A stretch of 24,381 bases of DNA from NCBI GenBank assembly GCA_001179505.1, contig CDMY01000747.1, forward strand, positions 1 through 24,381, given 5' to 3'. The position numbers and the translations under genes were made by a program. Shown here piece by piece: positions 9,836-20,700 of this stretch (position 1 is its first letter; the number at the start of each line of letters is the position of its first letter). The notes beneath the pieces were generated by a model. That model did no database searches. It saw only the letters and a program-made list of their open reading frames with translations, and was not told the DNA's origin. This DNA comes from Vitrella brassicaformis CCMP3155 (taxonomy: Eukaryota > Protista > Chromerida).

Positions 9836-10610
9836 CGAAGGAGCACTCACAAACAGACTTACGCGTCAAACGCACCAGAAACCCGAGAGAAAACAGCCAG
9901 AAACCGATTTTCCGGGTTTTGCCGGCGTTTTTCGCGCGGACGCGTGAACGAATTTGAAGCTCGAAGCAAACTCGTTCCTCGCAGTGACCCCCTCCACACA
10001 TATCACAAAGCAGATCTTGACACGGAGCAGAAAAACTGGATGGCGACAGGAAGAGCCCGCCGCAAACTCGCTCGCGCTGCCACGAGGCTCGTTAAACACA
10101 ACTACCTACCTACCGACTCTAATCTTCGTTGCGTTGGTCTGCATCTTGTCCGCATGGGGGCTTGCGAAGCAGGCTGCTGCGATCAGCGACGAGGAGGTAG
10201 CGTGGCGGAACACCGAGCAGCTGCTATCTGCTCTGAAAATGATGGGAATTGACCCAGCAGAAGAAGAAAACCTCAAGAAGGCGAGATTTTTTCACTCGGT
10301 ACCGTCTTTTTTGCGAGCTTGGGGGCTTTGCATGCATTTCGCGACGCGGCAAGGAACGTAGCGAGTCCCGCCAGCCCGACGGACGAGGGAAATTTCATCA
10401 TTATATGCACTCAAGGATTGATGATCCGTGACGGACTCGGTGGGTGGTAGGACAGATCAGTGACTGAATTGTAGTGCAGTTCTTAATTTGCATTCTTGAT
10501 GGACTCCTCGTGCCGATCCGCTTGACTTCTTTCTCGGCGAGGGCCTAACGGTTGTTGTGGCTGTGTATTTTGCTCGGGCTGTCATTTAGAACTTCTCGTT
10601 ACGTTCTGTA

Positions 10611-13397
10611 ATGTCATGCACACCCAGCTCCCTTGCGACGATGGACTGGCGGGCTGTTATGCTGGTTTCCGTGGCCATATCATCATGCCATCAAATTGCA
10701 TCCGTCCCTATTGCGTCAAGGGACATCACCCCGCCATCGCCGCACAGTACAGATGGTCTCGAGGATGGCGCCCCGGCAGCCTATGTGTTCACCGTGTTTG
10801 TATCGGAGAATGGAGGCGACAATGATGAACGGCGCAATCAACTCATGTACAAGATAACGGACAAGGCGACGGGCGCAGAGATTGTCGAGGCTTCGGCGCT
10901 GGGCCTCACGGTCAACGGCACGGACTTGGGCCGAGGAGTGGAAATGCACGAGCTTCCCGTGGAGGAGATAGAAGAGGCGTACGTGAAGATGGGCGAGCAC
11001 CGTAAGGTGACCAGCCACGCCATGAACTACACATTCCCTGTGCAGCACCTGGAGAGCAACATCACGTGGTACCTCAATGTGCGGCTATTCAACGACGGGG
11101 CGGCGTTCAGATACTCGTGGGACGGAAGCCAAGAGGACCTGATTAGCAAGGAGGACACGGAATTTGTGATGCCTGGTGCGTGTGTGAGAACACATCTGTC
11201 ATCTGTGTGTGGGCACGGCATGGTGACGATGGCTTGGTGTGTCTGTAGATGGCACCTATGTGTGGCACTTTGAGAGGACAGATGGCCGTCAGCAGTTCGA
11301 GCTCAAGTCATACGCTGGTAGGCAAATACATAATACAATGCACCCACGCTTCCATGTGTACCCATTGCACATATGCAGGTGAGTATTTGCATTCGCCCGT
11401 GGACAGTCTCGCTACACGCCACAAGAAAATCGGCCACTTGTACGGCGCCCCTCTCCTTTTTGATTTGGACCCTGAGAGCGACGGCTGGAGCAGCGAGGGC
11501 ATCCAATACGCTTTGATCACCGAGGCGGCACTCTATGACTTCTCCGGCATGCGCATCGAGGCACTTCCCGACCGCACCTTTCGCATGAGGTTCAGCGAGG
11601 CGACCTTTCCCGCGCCGTCCAGGAGCAAGGAGGACGGCCTGACCCATTCCCCCTGGCGCGTCATCATGCTGGCGTCCAACCTCAACGTGCTGGTCAACAA
11701 CGAAATGATCTCACACCTTAACCCCGCTCCTTCGGCAGACCTTTTCCCCGCAGGAGCACGGGACGATCAGAATCAATGGGGCCTTCCATCATGGGTGGTG
11801 CCCGGGCGATCTGTGTAGCAATGGATCAACGCGAAGTGGACGAAGGGCCATGGATTCGAACAGACCACGCCTGAGGGTGAAAAGCGCTATATCGACGCTG
11901 CGGCCGAGCTGGGCTTCGAGTACACCACCGTTGACTGCTGTTGGCTGCAGTGGAGCGCACCACGAGATGATGGGTGTTACACGGCGCCAAACCCCTTAAC
12001 CACACAATCCATCTGTCTGTGTCTGTGTCCGTGCAGTGATGATGATTTTCTGATCCGTCGCAAAGCTCCGAACGGCCTGTGGCATGCACCCAGCTGGCCC
12101 GACGAGATGCCTGTATTCAGCTGGCCCAACTTCACCACCAGGCAGGATTCATACACCCTGCTTGCGGACGTCATCGAATACGCCAACGACAGAGGCGTGA
12201 AAGCCATTGTGTGGAAGGTCAGTGGTGGTAACACCGCCCCGACACCAGAATATTGGTGTCTTTCTCAGAGCTCGTCTGACAGAGACAGGATACTTGACCC
12301 GGGCCACGATCGGGGCTTTACCAATCTGCGCAACTTCCTAAACCGCCTTAAGGCTGTCGGTGCCAGCGGTGTCAAAGTAGATTACGTGCATGGCGAGACC
12401 GAGGGTGAATGCGCAGGGCAAGGAGAGACATACCGCGGTCTCGCAATATCACGTGGCGTGTCTCTGTCTCTCTGTGTAGATAAGGTTCAATTCGAGACGG
12501 CATTAATGGAGATGAGTGCCGAGCTGGAGCTGGTGGTAAATATCCACGGCTGCCGGAAGCCCAGCGGAGCGACACGAAGATACCCAAACCACGTACACAC
12601 ACAAATACACACACAATTGTCCACTCACCTGCTCGTCTGTATGCGGCATGGCAGTTGACGCGTGAGGCTGTGTGGGGTATGGAGATTATGCATTTCCTCC
12701 ATGGTAAATATTTTAAAAGCCCTACCAAGCTGGGAATCATGCCCATCACGGCACGCCACAACGCCATACTCCCCTTCACACGGTTTGTCGTCGGCGGCGC
12801 CGACTACACACCGATGGCCCTCAAACCGGAAATGAGGGGCAGCACAACCATAGTCAGCCTCACACGCAGCTGGGAACTATCCTCTTTCACACAATCCTAT
12901 CGAAGGGGGGGGATGGGTGTGTGCAGGTGCATCAGATAGCGTTGCTGGTCGTGTTCGACTCGCCGCTGCAGACCATAGCCGAGGATCCCCATTACCTATT
13001 GGACAAGGACAAGCCCCACGCTGCCGCTCTGGACGTCATCAAGGCCATCCCCACCACATGGCACACCACCCACGCCCTCCCACCCAGCAGCATCGGCGAG
13101 CTCGTCGTTATGGCACGCAAGACCAACGACGATGCGACCGACACGTGGTTCCTCGCAGTAATCAACGGGCAAGACGAGCGGGTGACACTCGATGCTATAC
13201 GCGTTGACTTCCTGAATGAAAGCAAGACATACGAGATGGTTGCTTTGTCTAGTGACGATAGTGACAATGAGGGGATGGTGCAGCGAGTAGAGACCTGGGG
13301 GAAGGGGAAGGAGTGGCGGCAGTTGGAAGATGTCAGGCTCCTGCCTGGCGACGGGCTGGTGGTCATGTGGACAGCCGTGGAAAAAGAGAAAGTGTGA
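10611..13397 (+). pseudogene. Glycoside hydrolase family 97 (alpha-glucosidase/alpha-galactosidase type, secreted), 8 exons, one in-frame nonsense codon
   Basis: Exons 10611-11175, 11249-11317, 11379-11973, 12037-12217, 12269-12404, 12480-12592, 12655-12852, 12927-13397 (2328 nt, 776 codons); all introns GT-AG, 51-75 nt. GH97 motifs: VRLFNDGAAFRY, KSYAGE, PGRSV*QW, KRYIDAAAELGFEY, GVKVDY, NIHGCRKPSG, RYPNHLTREAVWGME, HNAILPFTRFVVGGADYTP, HQIA..VVFDSPLQ, IPTTW, GELVVMARK. Hydrophobic N-terminus after ATG 10641. TAG at 11816-11818. Confidence 0.9.
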
Positions 13398-14498
13398 AAA
13401 ACACAGAGGAAAAGAACTGCGGATGTGTCGTTCGGTCGTGACGTGATGTGGTGACGCGTTCAGTCATGGAGGTTTTTTCATGGTCATGTCGCTTCTTCTT
13501 CTCCTAACCCCCTCGTGGTCCCTCCAAACTCGTTTATCTGTGTGGGCGGGCAGTCGAGAGGAGGCATAAGTGACCGTTTCCGGTCGGCTCAGCCAGAGAT
13601 GTGTGTGAACCGCGAATGGGCGGTCCGCGCGTCACCAATGGACGGGATGACTGCGTGCGGCTCGCGCGAAAGTGTATTGCTTGATTTGATAGCACATACA
13701 AGCGACACGGTCACGTGTGTGCAATGATATGCTATGGATGTGGTGCAAGAGATACGGAGAGCGCTTGAACGGTTCGTCTGTCGGTCCACGATCCACGTGT
13801 CTCTAGTCCAGACAGTGCAGATCTGCTGACTTGTCATGGCGCTTCGGACATCTTCGGCGGCAAGTTCGGCCAGAATCGATGAAGGTGGCTAGACTTGCTC
13901 GGCTGCACCGCGCCTTGCCTTCGCATGAACGAACTATCGGTACAGTCATTTCTTTGTATGGTAGGGTAAAGAGAGGAAGGAGCGAGGAGCAAAGGTGGGA
14001 GAAGTAATGTCGCACATTGCAGCTGCAAGAAGGAGAAATAGAGTTGGCGTGACATACGCTGATTTATGATGTGGTCTGAAACTTCGCCCCTTCATCGTCA
14101 GAGACATTTTCGCGAGTAAAAGGCCATCGGTTGTGAATGCGGGGAGAACCAAAAGGAGGAGAGACAAGCTCATGTGTGGACATGACCCGGCGGTAACGGA
14201 AGTTACTGTTTACGCCGGTCCGTGAGTGGCGTGCTTTGGATGTATGGCGGTCGTGCTGTGACAACAGAGATCGCGGTAACAATGGTTGGTGAACAATGCC
14301 GGAAGTGTGGCCGACTGAAGTGAGGGTGCTCACCTCACGTGAGTGCTGAACGTTGGGTCAGTCTCACGATGCTAGGATTTGTCAATCGGCCAGCCCTGAC
14401 TCACGTGTTCTTCTTCTTGGTGAAACGATACAACTTCTCCCAGTTCACGTTATATCCTTACAACCATCACAAGCAGCTTCAACAGGCCTGTAGGATGA

Positions 14499-15399
14499 TC
14501 AGCTGTCTGACAGCTTGGGCCAAGAGATGCGAGTCCGAGCGGACCGCGATGCGTATCTTCCCCCTGTGCCTCCCCGTGCCAAGCTCAATCCTGACCAAAG
14601 ATCCCCAAGTTCATGCGCAAAAATCAATACTTGCTCGTACCGGGTGAGCACAACGGACGGAGCAAACGCAGGTTTGACATGCTCAACTCCACTTTCACGG
14701 GATGCGAAGACACCAGCAAGAACCTGAACGGTATCACGCGGACCAAGATGCATACACACATTCCCTGTGCCTCATACCAGGTTGTCAGGATTCGCATCAA
14801 GCCCTGTGAGAAGCTCCAAGGCTCCTCCCTGAATACAGTTGACATCACTTCGGGAGACAGGAACAGCTGACAAACATTTTACCAGCTGAACGCAGCGTGC
14901 GAGATGTATCAAGGAGCCCCGAAGCCGATGTGCCAGATCAACAATAGAAGTGACTGACACGGCACGAGAGACCGATATGGAGACACACCACCCTACTGTG
15001 TCACTTACCTTCGTGTAAGATGAAACTCTCGTTTCGCCAAAGAGAGAAGAAATCTTGGGCTGAGAACGTGCGCCTCTCCTGGTCAGTTGTTGGGACATCA
15101 CGTGGCTCAGATGTTGTTCATGGTCTTCTTTTTACCATGAATTTCGATACGACGACTGGAAGCTTCAAGTGCAGTGTCCGTGGGGTATTATCAGGAAGCC
15201 TGACGAAACCAGGCAAAACATAACTCTCTACGGTACACCCTGGCTGCCAAGTTGCCCACAGAAACTGAATCTCCATCAGTGGGCTGCCTTGAAACGGACA
15301 ACGACATTTCACGTTCACTTCCTGACCATGTGCAAAATGCGCTAGAGTTTGACTAAGTTTGACTGCTTCTGCGGCTGTCTTCGCTCTCTGACCTGGCAT
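14499..15399 (-). pseudogene. Spliced, decayed gene; weak resemblance to reprolysin/ADAM-type zinc metalloproteases
   Basis: Removing GT-AG introns 14954-15008 (55 nt, donor AG|GTAAGT) and 14724-14777 (54 nt) gives one frame from 15399 to TGA 14499-14501, with a single internal TGA (15118-15120). It contains VLTRYEQVLIFAHELGDLW. The family call is tentative because the second His of HExxH is Asp. Confidence 0.45.
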
Positions 15400-16416
15400 G
15401 TTTGCTGCCTTGAAGCAAGACGGCCTTCAACCGTTGATGCAGCGATCACGAGGGGAACGTGTTCCGCATCGCCTCCCCAGGCACGGGAGGGCTGCAGGCT
15501 CACCTGGAAGCTCTGCAGGACTCCGTGGGATTTGTTGCCGTAGTAGATGCCCAGCTGCCCTTCCAAGCCGGTGTAATGGGAAGCCGGTGTAAGTGGTCCA
15601 AGCACGAGTGTTGGCTTCTCGCCAACACTCGTGCTGTGCACGCCTCTCTGACGCATAATTGGACCACCACTTCGTACGCGGCTTTCGATCCCCGCCCACA
15701 ATACAAGCGACTTGCCCACGCAGTGGGTTCCCCTTACTCGGAATGCAGGGAGGAATTCGCTTTCTTGGCAAACGGACTTTCTCTCAGAGTGAAACGGACT
15801 TTTGTGCTATGTGATCGAACTCATCGAACGACGCATGAAGATGCATTCCCGCAACACATGAATGCGGTCAGTAGGGCTGATTGCCTAGACTTTTGGTTGG
15901 CTTATACTCGCAAGCGAGTGATTGGTCTATCTTCTCCTTGTTTCATGCTGGGGATCTCGCCGTGAATGACTCACCACAGCCGTTTTCCATCACATTGACT
16001 CTCTTTCCCTCGCTCAGAACGACTCTGAAACAACGAAAACCCATCCATTCACTCGCTATGGGTGCGAGTGGCTGCGAAGCCCTTTGGTGTCTCCGTGTCT
16101 GACTCACCGTTGATCTCCACAAGCTAGTTTGCATGCCAGTGGGCCCATGACGGCACAAAAGGCGTGAACAACAGGCATGACAGCAAGCAAATCACATAAT
16201 CATGCCGCCCCGCCGCCTGCAGCGTGAATGCATCAGTCGAAATGATCATCAAATCGCAGCGCTCGCGCGATGGGTGGGTGGGTGGGTGAGTCGTTGGGTG
16301 TAAGCGGAGGGGAGTGAAGGGCTAGGGAGACTGGCCGGTGACATCAGCCCCGCACAAACGTGTGGGCTGGATGAATGTCATCAGATGCCTCAGATGACTC
16401 AACTGACCCTCCTGTA

Positions 16417-17008
16417 CAGTGGGCCTCGGACAAGTGGGAAACGGCCCAGGGTGTCCCATTTAGCGTTTTTCCCATTTATCCGTTGTCCCATTTATCCGAG
16501 GCAATTCACACGCCTTCTGCTTGTCCGTCTGAGTCACCAGGGCATCGCAGCAGGCCACCTGACTCGCCTGGCGTCGAGCTCGGCCCGGAAAAAAGAAGAA
16601 AAAAGCAATCCGGCCGGCGGCGAGGATGAGGAGAGCGAGCAAAGCAAGTGCTTGAGCGTTGCTTGGGCGAGACAGACAAACAGGATTGATTCACTGGCGA
16701 CTGAGTGATGGAATGCGACGAGCTATCGACAGATTGAGTGATGGAATGTCCAAAAACACACATGACTCATGCAGAGACAGCCGCTCACCACACAAATACA
16801 CCTTAATCGATATCTAAGTTCACCTGCCCACCACTATCCTCCTCTGCCATAGCCTGCCCGGCATCCATCTCTCGCTCCACCTCACGAACTTGTCTCACGA
16901 AATCTAGGGCCCGCTCGCCCGTCTCCTCCATCATCCCCTCCTCTCCCTCCCCACCCGCATCATCCATGCCACCTCTCTCCCCTCCTCCCTCGCTGGGCTG
17001 AGCACTGA
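16417..17008. mobile_element. Additional left end of the Tc1/mariner-type TIR element (gap-truncated)
   Basis: TA (16415-16416) followed by CAGTGGGCCTCGGACAAGTGGGAA. The sequence matches 18857-19440 and is a slightly diverged copy of 17736-18315. Confidence 0.85.
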
Positions 17009-17308
17009 NNNNNNNNNNNNNNNNNNNNNNNNNNNNNNNNNNNNNNNNNNNNNNNNNNNNNNNNNNNNNNNNNNNNNNNNNNNNNNNNNNNNNNNNNNNN
17101 NNNNNNNNNNNNNNNNNNNNNNNNNNNNNNNNNNNNNNNNNNNNNNNNNNNNNNNNNNNNNNNNNNNNNNNNNNNNNNNNNNNNNNNNNNNNNNNNNNNN
17201 NNNNNNNNNNNNNNNNNNNNNNNNNNNNNNNNNNNNNNNNNNNNNNNNNNNNNNNNNNNNNNNNNNNNNNNNNNNNNNNNNNNNNNNNNNNNNNNNNNNN
17301 NNNNNNNN

Positions 17309-17735
17309 TCTCGCTGCTGGCAGGGGTTTGGTCAAGATGTCGGCTGGGTTTTCCTTCCCGTCCACGCGACAAATCTTGAACCCCTCCACTTCGACTGTCT
17401 GTCTCAGCGCCAGATAGTCAAGACGAATGTAGGTCTTCCCTTTCGTCTTCTTCTCTTGGGGATGGGCCGTCAGCGTCCTCGCTACGTCATTGTCCGTGTA
17501 CAACTCCACCGAACTGACCTTCCTCCCGAGTTCTCCCAGGAACTCCTTGAGTGCCAGCAGGTGTTGCGATGCATTGTACAGCGCGACATACTCGGCCACC
17601 ATCGTGCTCCCCGTTATGTAGGTCTGCTTCTTGCACGACCACGAAACCAGACAGTCATTGAGGAACGTCAGGTATCCACCTGTACTCGTTCCGTCCTCAT
17701 TGTCGCCGAGACTTGAGTCGGCGTACAGTGGGCCT
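17309..17735 (-). CDS. Copia RNase H domain (detached from RT by the insertion)
   Basis: YADSSLGDNEDGTSTGGYL...LVSWSCKKQ...STMVAEYVAL...LYTDN...ENPADILTKPL, which are the Ty1/copia RNase H motifs. Confidence 0.95.
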
Positions 17736-20700
17736 CGGATAAGTGGGACAGTGCCCAGGGTGTCCCATTTAGCGTTTTTCCCATTTATCCGTTGTCCCAT
17801 TTATCCGAGGCAATTCACACGCCTTCTGCTTGCCCGTCTGAGTCACCAGGGCATAGCAGCAGGCCTCCTGACTCGCCTGGCGTCGAGCTTGGCCCGGAAA
17901 AAAGAAAAAAAAGCAATCCGGCCGGCGGCGAGGATGAGGAGAGCGAGCAAAGCAAGTGCTTGAGCGTTGCTTGGGCGAGACAGACAAGCAGGATTGATTC
18001 ACTGGTGATTGAGTGATGGAATACGACGAGCTATCGACAGATTGAGTGATGGACTGTCCAAAAACACACATGACTCATGCAGAGACAGCCGCTCACCACA
18101 CAAACACACCTCAATCGATATCTAAGTTCACCTGCCCACCACTATCCTCCTCTGCCATAGCCTGCCCGGCATCTATCTCTCGCTCCACCTCACGAACTTG
18201 TCTCACGAAATCTAGGGCCCGCTCGCCCGTCTCCTCCATCATCCCCTCCTGTCCCTCCCCACCCGCATCATCCATGCCACCTCTCTCCCCTCCTCCCTCG
18301 CTGGGCTGAGCACTGACGTGCATCGTAGCCCCGCTGTATGCCCGCATGATCGGCCTCCCTCGATCATCGATCGGCCTCCCTTGGCCATCGATCAGCCCTC
18401 CGTCCCGATCAATATTCACCCACCGGTGCTCCCCCGACTCGAGAGTGATGAATCTCTGATGAGGGCGCAGTGGGGCGAAGGGCTGATGCATGTATGGCGA
18501 TGGCGCCAAGTACATGGGCGGTGGCGGGTATGGCAAGCCCGGTGGCATGTCGATAGNNNNNNNNNNNNNNNNNNNNNNNNNNNNNNNNNNNNNNNNNNNN
18601 NNNNNNNNNNNNNNNNNNNNNNNNNNNNNNNNNNNNNNNNNNNNNNNNNNNNNNNNNNNNNNNNNNNNNNNNNNNNNNNNNNNNNNNNNNNNNNNNNNNN
18701 NNNNNNNNNNNNNNNNNNNNNNNNNNNNNNNNNNNNNNNNNNNNNNNNNNNNNNNNNNNNNNNNNNNNNNNNNNNNNNNNNNNNNNNNNNNNNNNNNNNN
18801 NNNNNNNNNNNNNNNNNNNNNNNNNNNNNNNNNNNNNNNNNNNNNNNNNNNNNNNNGCCTCGGACAAGTGGGAAACGGCCCAGGGTGTCCCATTTAGCGT
18901 TTTTCCCATTTATCCGTTGTCCCATTTATCCGAGGCAATTCACACGCCTTCTGCTTGTCCGTCTGAGTCACCAGGGCATCGCAGCAGGCCACCTGACTCG
19001 CCTGGCGTCGAGCTCGGCCCGGAAAAAAGAAGAAAAAAGCAATCCGGCCGGCGGCGAGGATGAGGAGAGCGAGCAAAGCAAGTGCTTGAGCGTTGCTTGG
19101 GCGAGACAGACAAACAGGATTGATTCACTGGCGACTGAGTGATGGAATGCGACGAGCTATCGACAGATTGAGTGATGGAATGTCCAAAAACACACATGAC
19201 TCATGCAGAGACAGCCGCTCACCACACAAATACACCTTAATCGATATCTAAGTTCACCTGCCCACCACTATCCTCCTCTGCCATAGCCTGCCCGGCATCC
19301 ATCTCTCGCTCCACCTCACGAACTTGTCTCACGAAATCTAGGGCCCGCTCGCCCGTCTCCTCCATCATCCCCTCCTCTCCCTCCCCACCCGCATCATCCA
19401 TGCCACCTCTCTCCCCTCCTCCCTCGCTGGGCTGAGCACTGACGTGCATCGTAGCCCCGCTGTATGCCCGCATGATCGGCCTCCCTCGATCATCGATCGG
19501 CCTCCCTTGGCCATCGATCAGCCCTCCGTCCCGATCAATATTCACCCACCGGTGCTCCCCCGACTCGAGAGTGATGAATCTCTGATGAGGGCGCAGTGGG
19601 GCGAAGGGCTGATGCATGTATGGCGATGGCGCCAAGTACATGGGCGGTGGCGGGTATGGCAAGCCCGGTGGCATGTCGATAGGCGGTTGTGGGTAAGGCG
19701 GGGCAGGCGGCATGTCGAAGTCCATCGCAGAGGGGCCCGGTGGGTAGGGGAAGTGTGGCGGCACGTTCATGACCGTTTGAGGGGGGTGGTGCGGTCGATA
19801 GAGGAAGGGCGGCGGCATGTGCGCTGGTTCTGGCGGGTTGAAGAAGGCTGGCGGTACTTGGCCCGCCTGGCGCCGAGAGGGCGGTTGCTGCCGGGCGAGC
19901 TGGTCGGCCGGCAGCATCAGAGAGCGCTTCTCCAGCTCCTTGAGCATCGTCTGCTCCAGCCGCACGCGAGCCCTTCTGCTTGAGCAAGAACGCCTGACAT
20001 TCCCCATCCTCTCGGGGGTCGCGCGCTCGCCGAGCAGCCTGCACGATCTCACCGTCGGTCAGCGGTTTGCCGTCCGGGTCCATCGCCTCCTCGCCCACTT
20101 GCTCCTCAATCTCTGCCAGGATCGACTCACGTGTCTCCTTTGACCAATGCGATGGCAGGATGTCAGCGTCGTCCAGGGGAGGCATGTCAGCCGATGGAAG
20201 CCGGTGGCCGTTCCCTTCGCTGCAGAGCACGTCGGCCATCACTCCCATACATGCCGCATCGTCGAATGGCGCCTCTTGGGAAGTCCCTCAGCAGTGCGGC
20301 GATGGATGTGCCGGTGGGTCGATAGTCGCCCAGAGAGAGCCGATGGTCGGGCGAACAGGTGATGAGGGCCTCTGGGTGGTGCGGGCGCTGCCGGACGCAC
20401 TCCGAGTGCGCCTCGCACAGAGAAACCCGGGGGTGGCGGTAGATGGGGCGACCTGACGGGTCGCTGTGCGGCGACGGCGCCGTCCCAGAAGCTGTCGAAG
20501 ATGCCATCCGCCCCGGATGGTGGCGGCCTGAGGCTCTCCTCAGCTGCATCCGCACCGTGGTGTGTTGGTGAGGCCTGTGTCGAGACAGGTGGCGGGTTGT
20601 AGGTGCAGGGGCGGCCGTGGAGGGCCATGAGGCGGCCGTCGACGGCGCAATGGTTGAGATTGTGCTCCAGAAGGCCAAACAGTGTGTGTCCCTCGCGCAC

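Noticed and set aside
9944-10361. ORFs 9944..10252 and 9954..10361 as a gene
   Set aside because: Short patches read as protein-like, but I could not build a consistent splice model or recognise a motif.
939-11818. Stop-codon reassignment (TAR = Gln, ciliate-type code)
   Set aside because: TAG would need to be Gln at 939-999 but Trp at 11816. CAA and TAA alternate between copies at one site, and TAG/TAA appear to terminate other ORFs (5879, 19237).
10611-13397. Bacterial contaminant contig
   Set aside because: Seven phase-consistent GT-AG introns are required to build the protein, and the gene is contiguous with eukaryotic repeats.
15342-15719. Degenerate copia integrase (GEKP, GPLTP, GIYYG words)
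   Set aside because: Spacing does not match the real integrase at 23050-23300 and no other pol motifs are nearby. A donor at 15503 fits an upstream exon of the spliced gene better.
16170-16414. Copia 3' LTR left of the first TIR end
   Set aside because: No TG...CA boundaries or polypurine tract could be tied to it, and there is no second LTR in the window for comparison.
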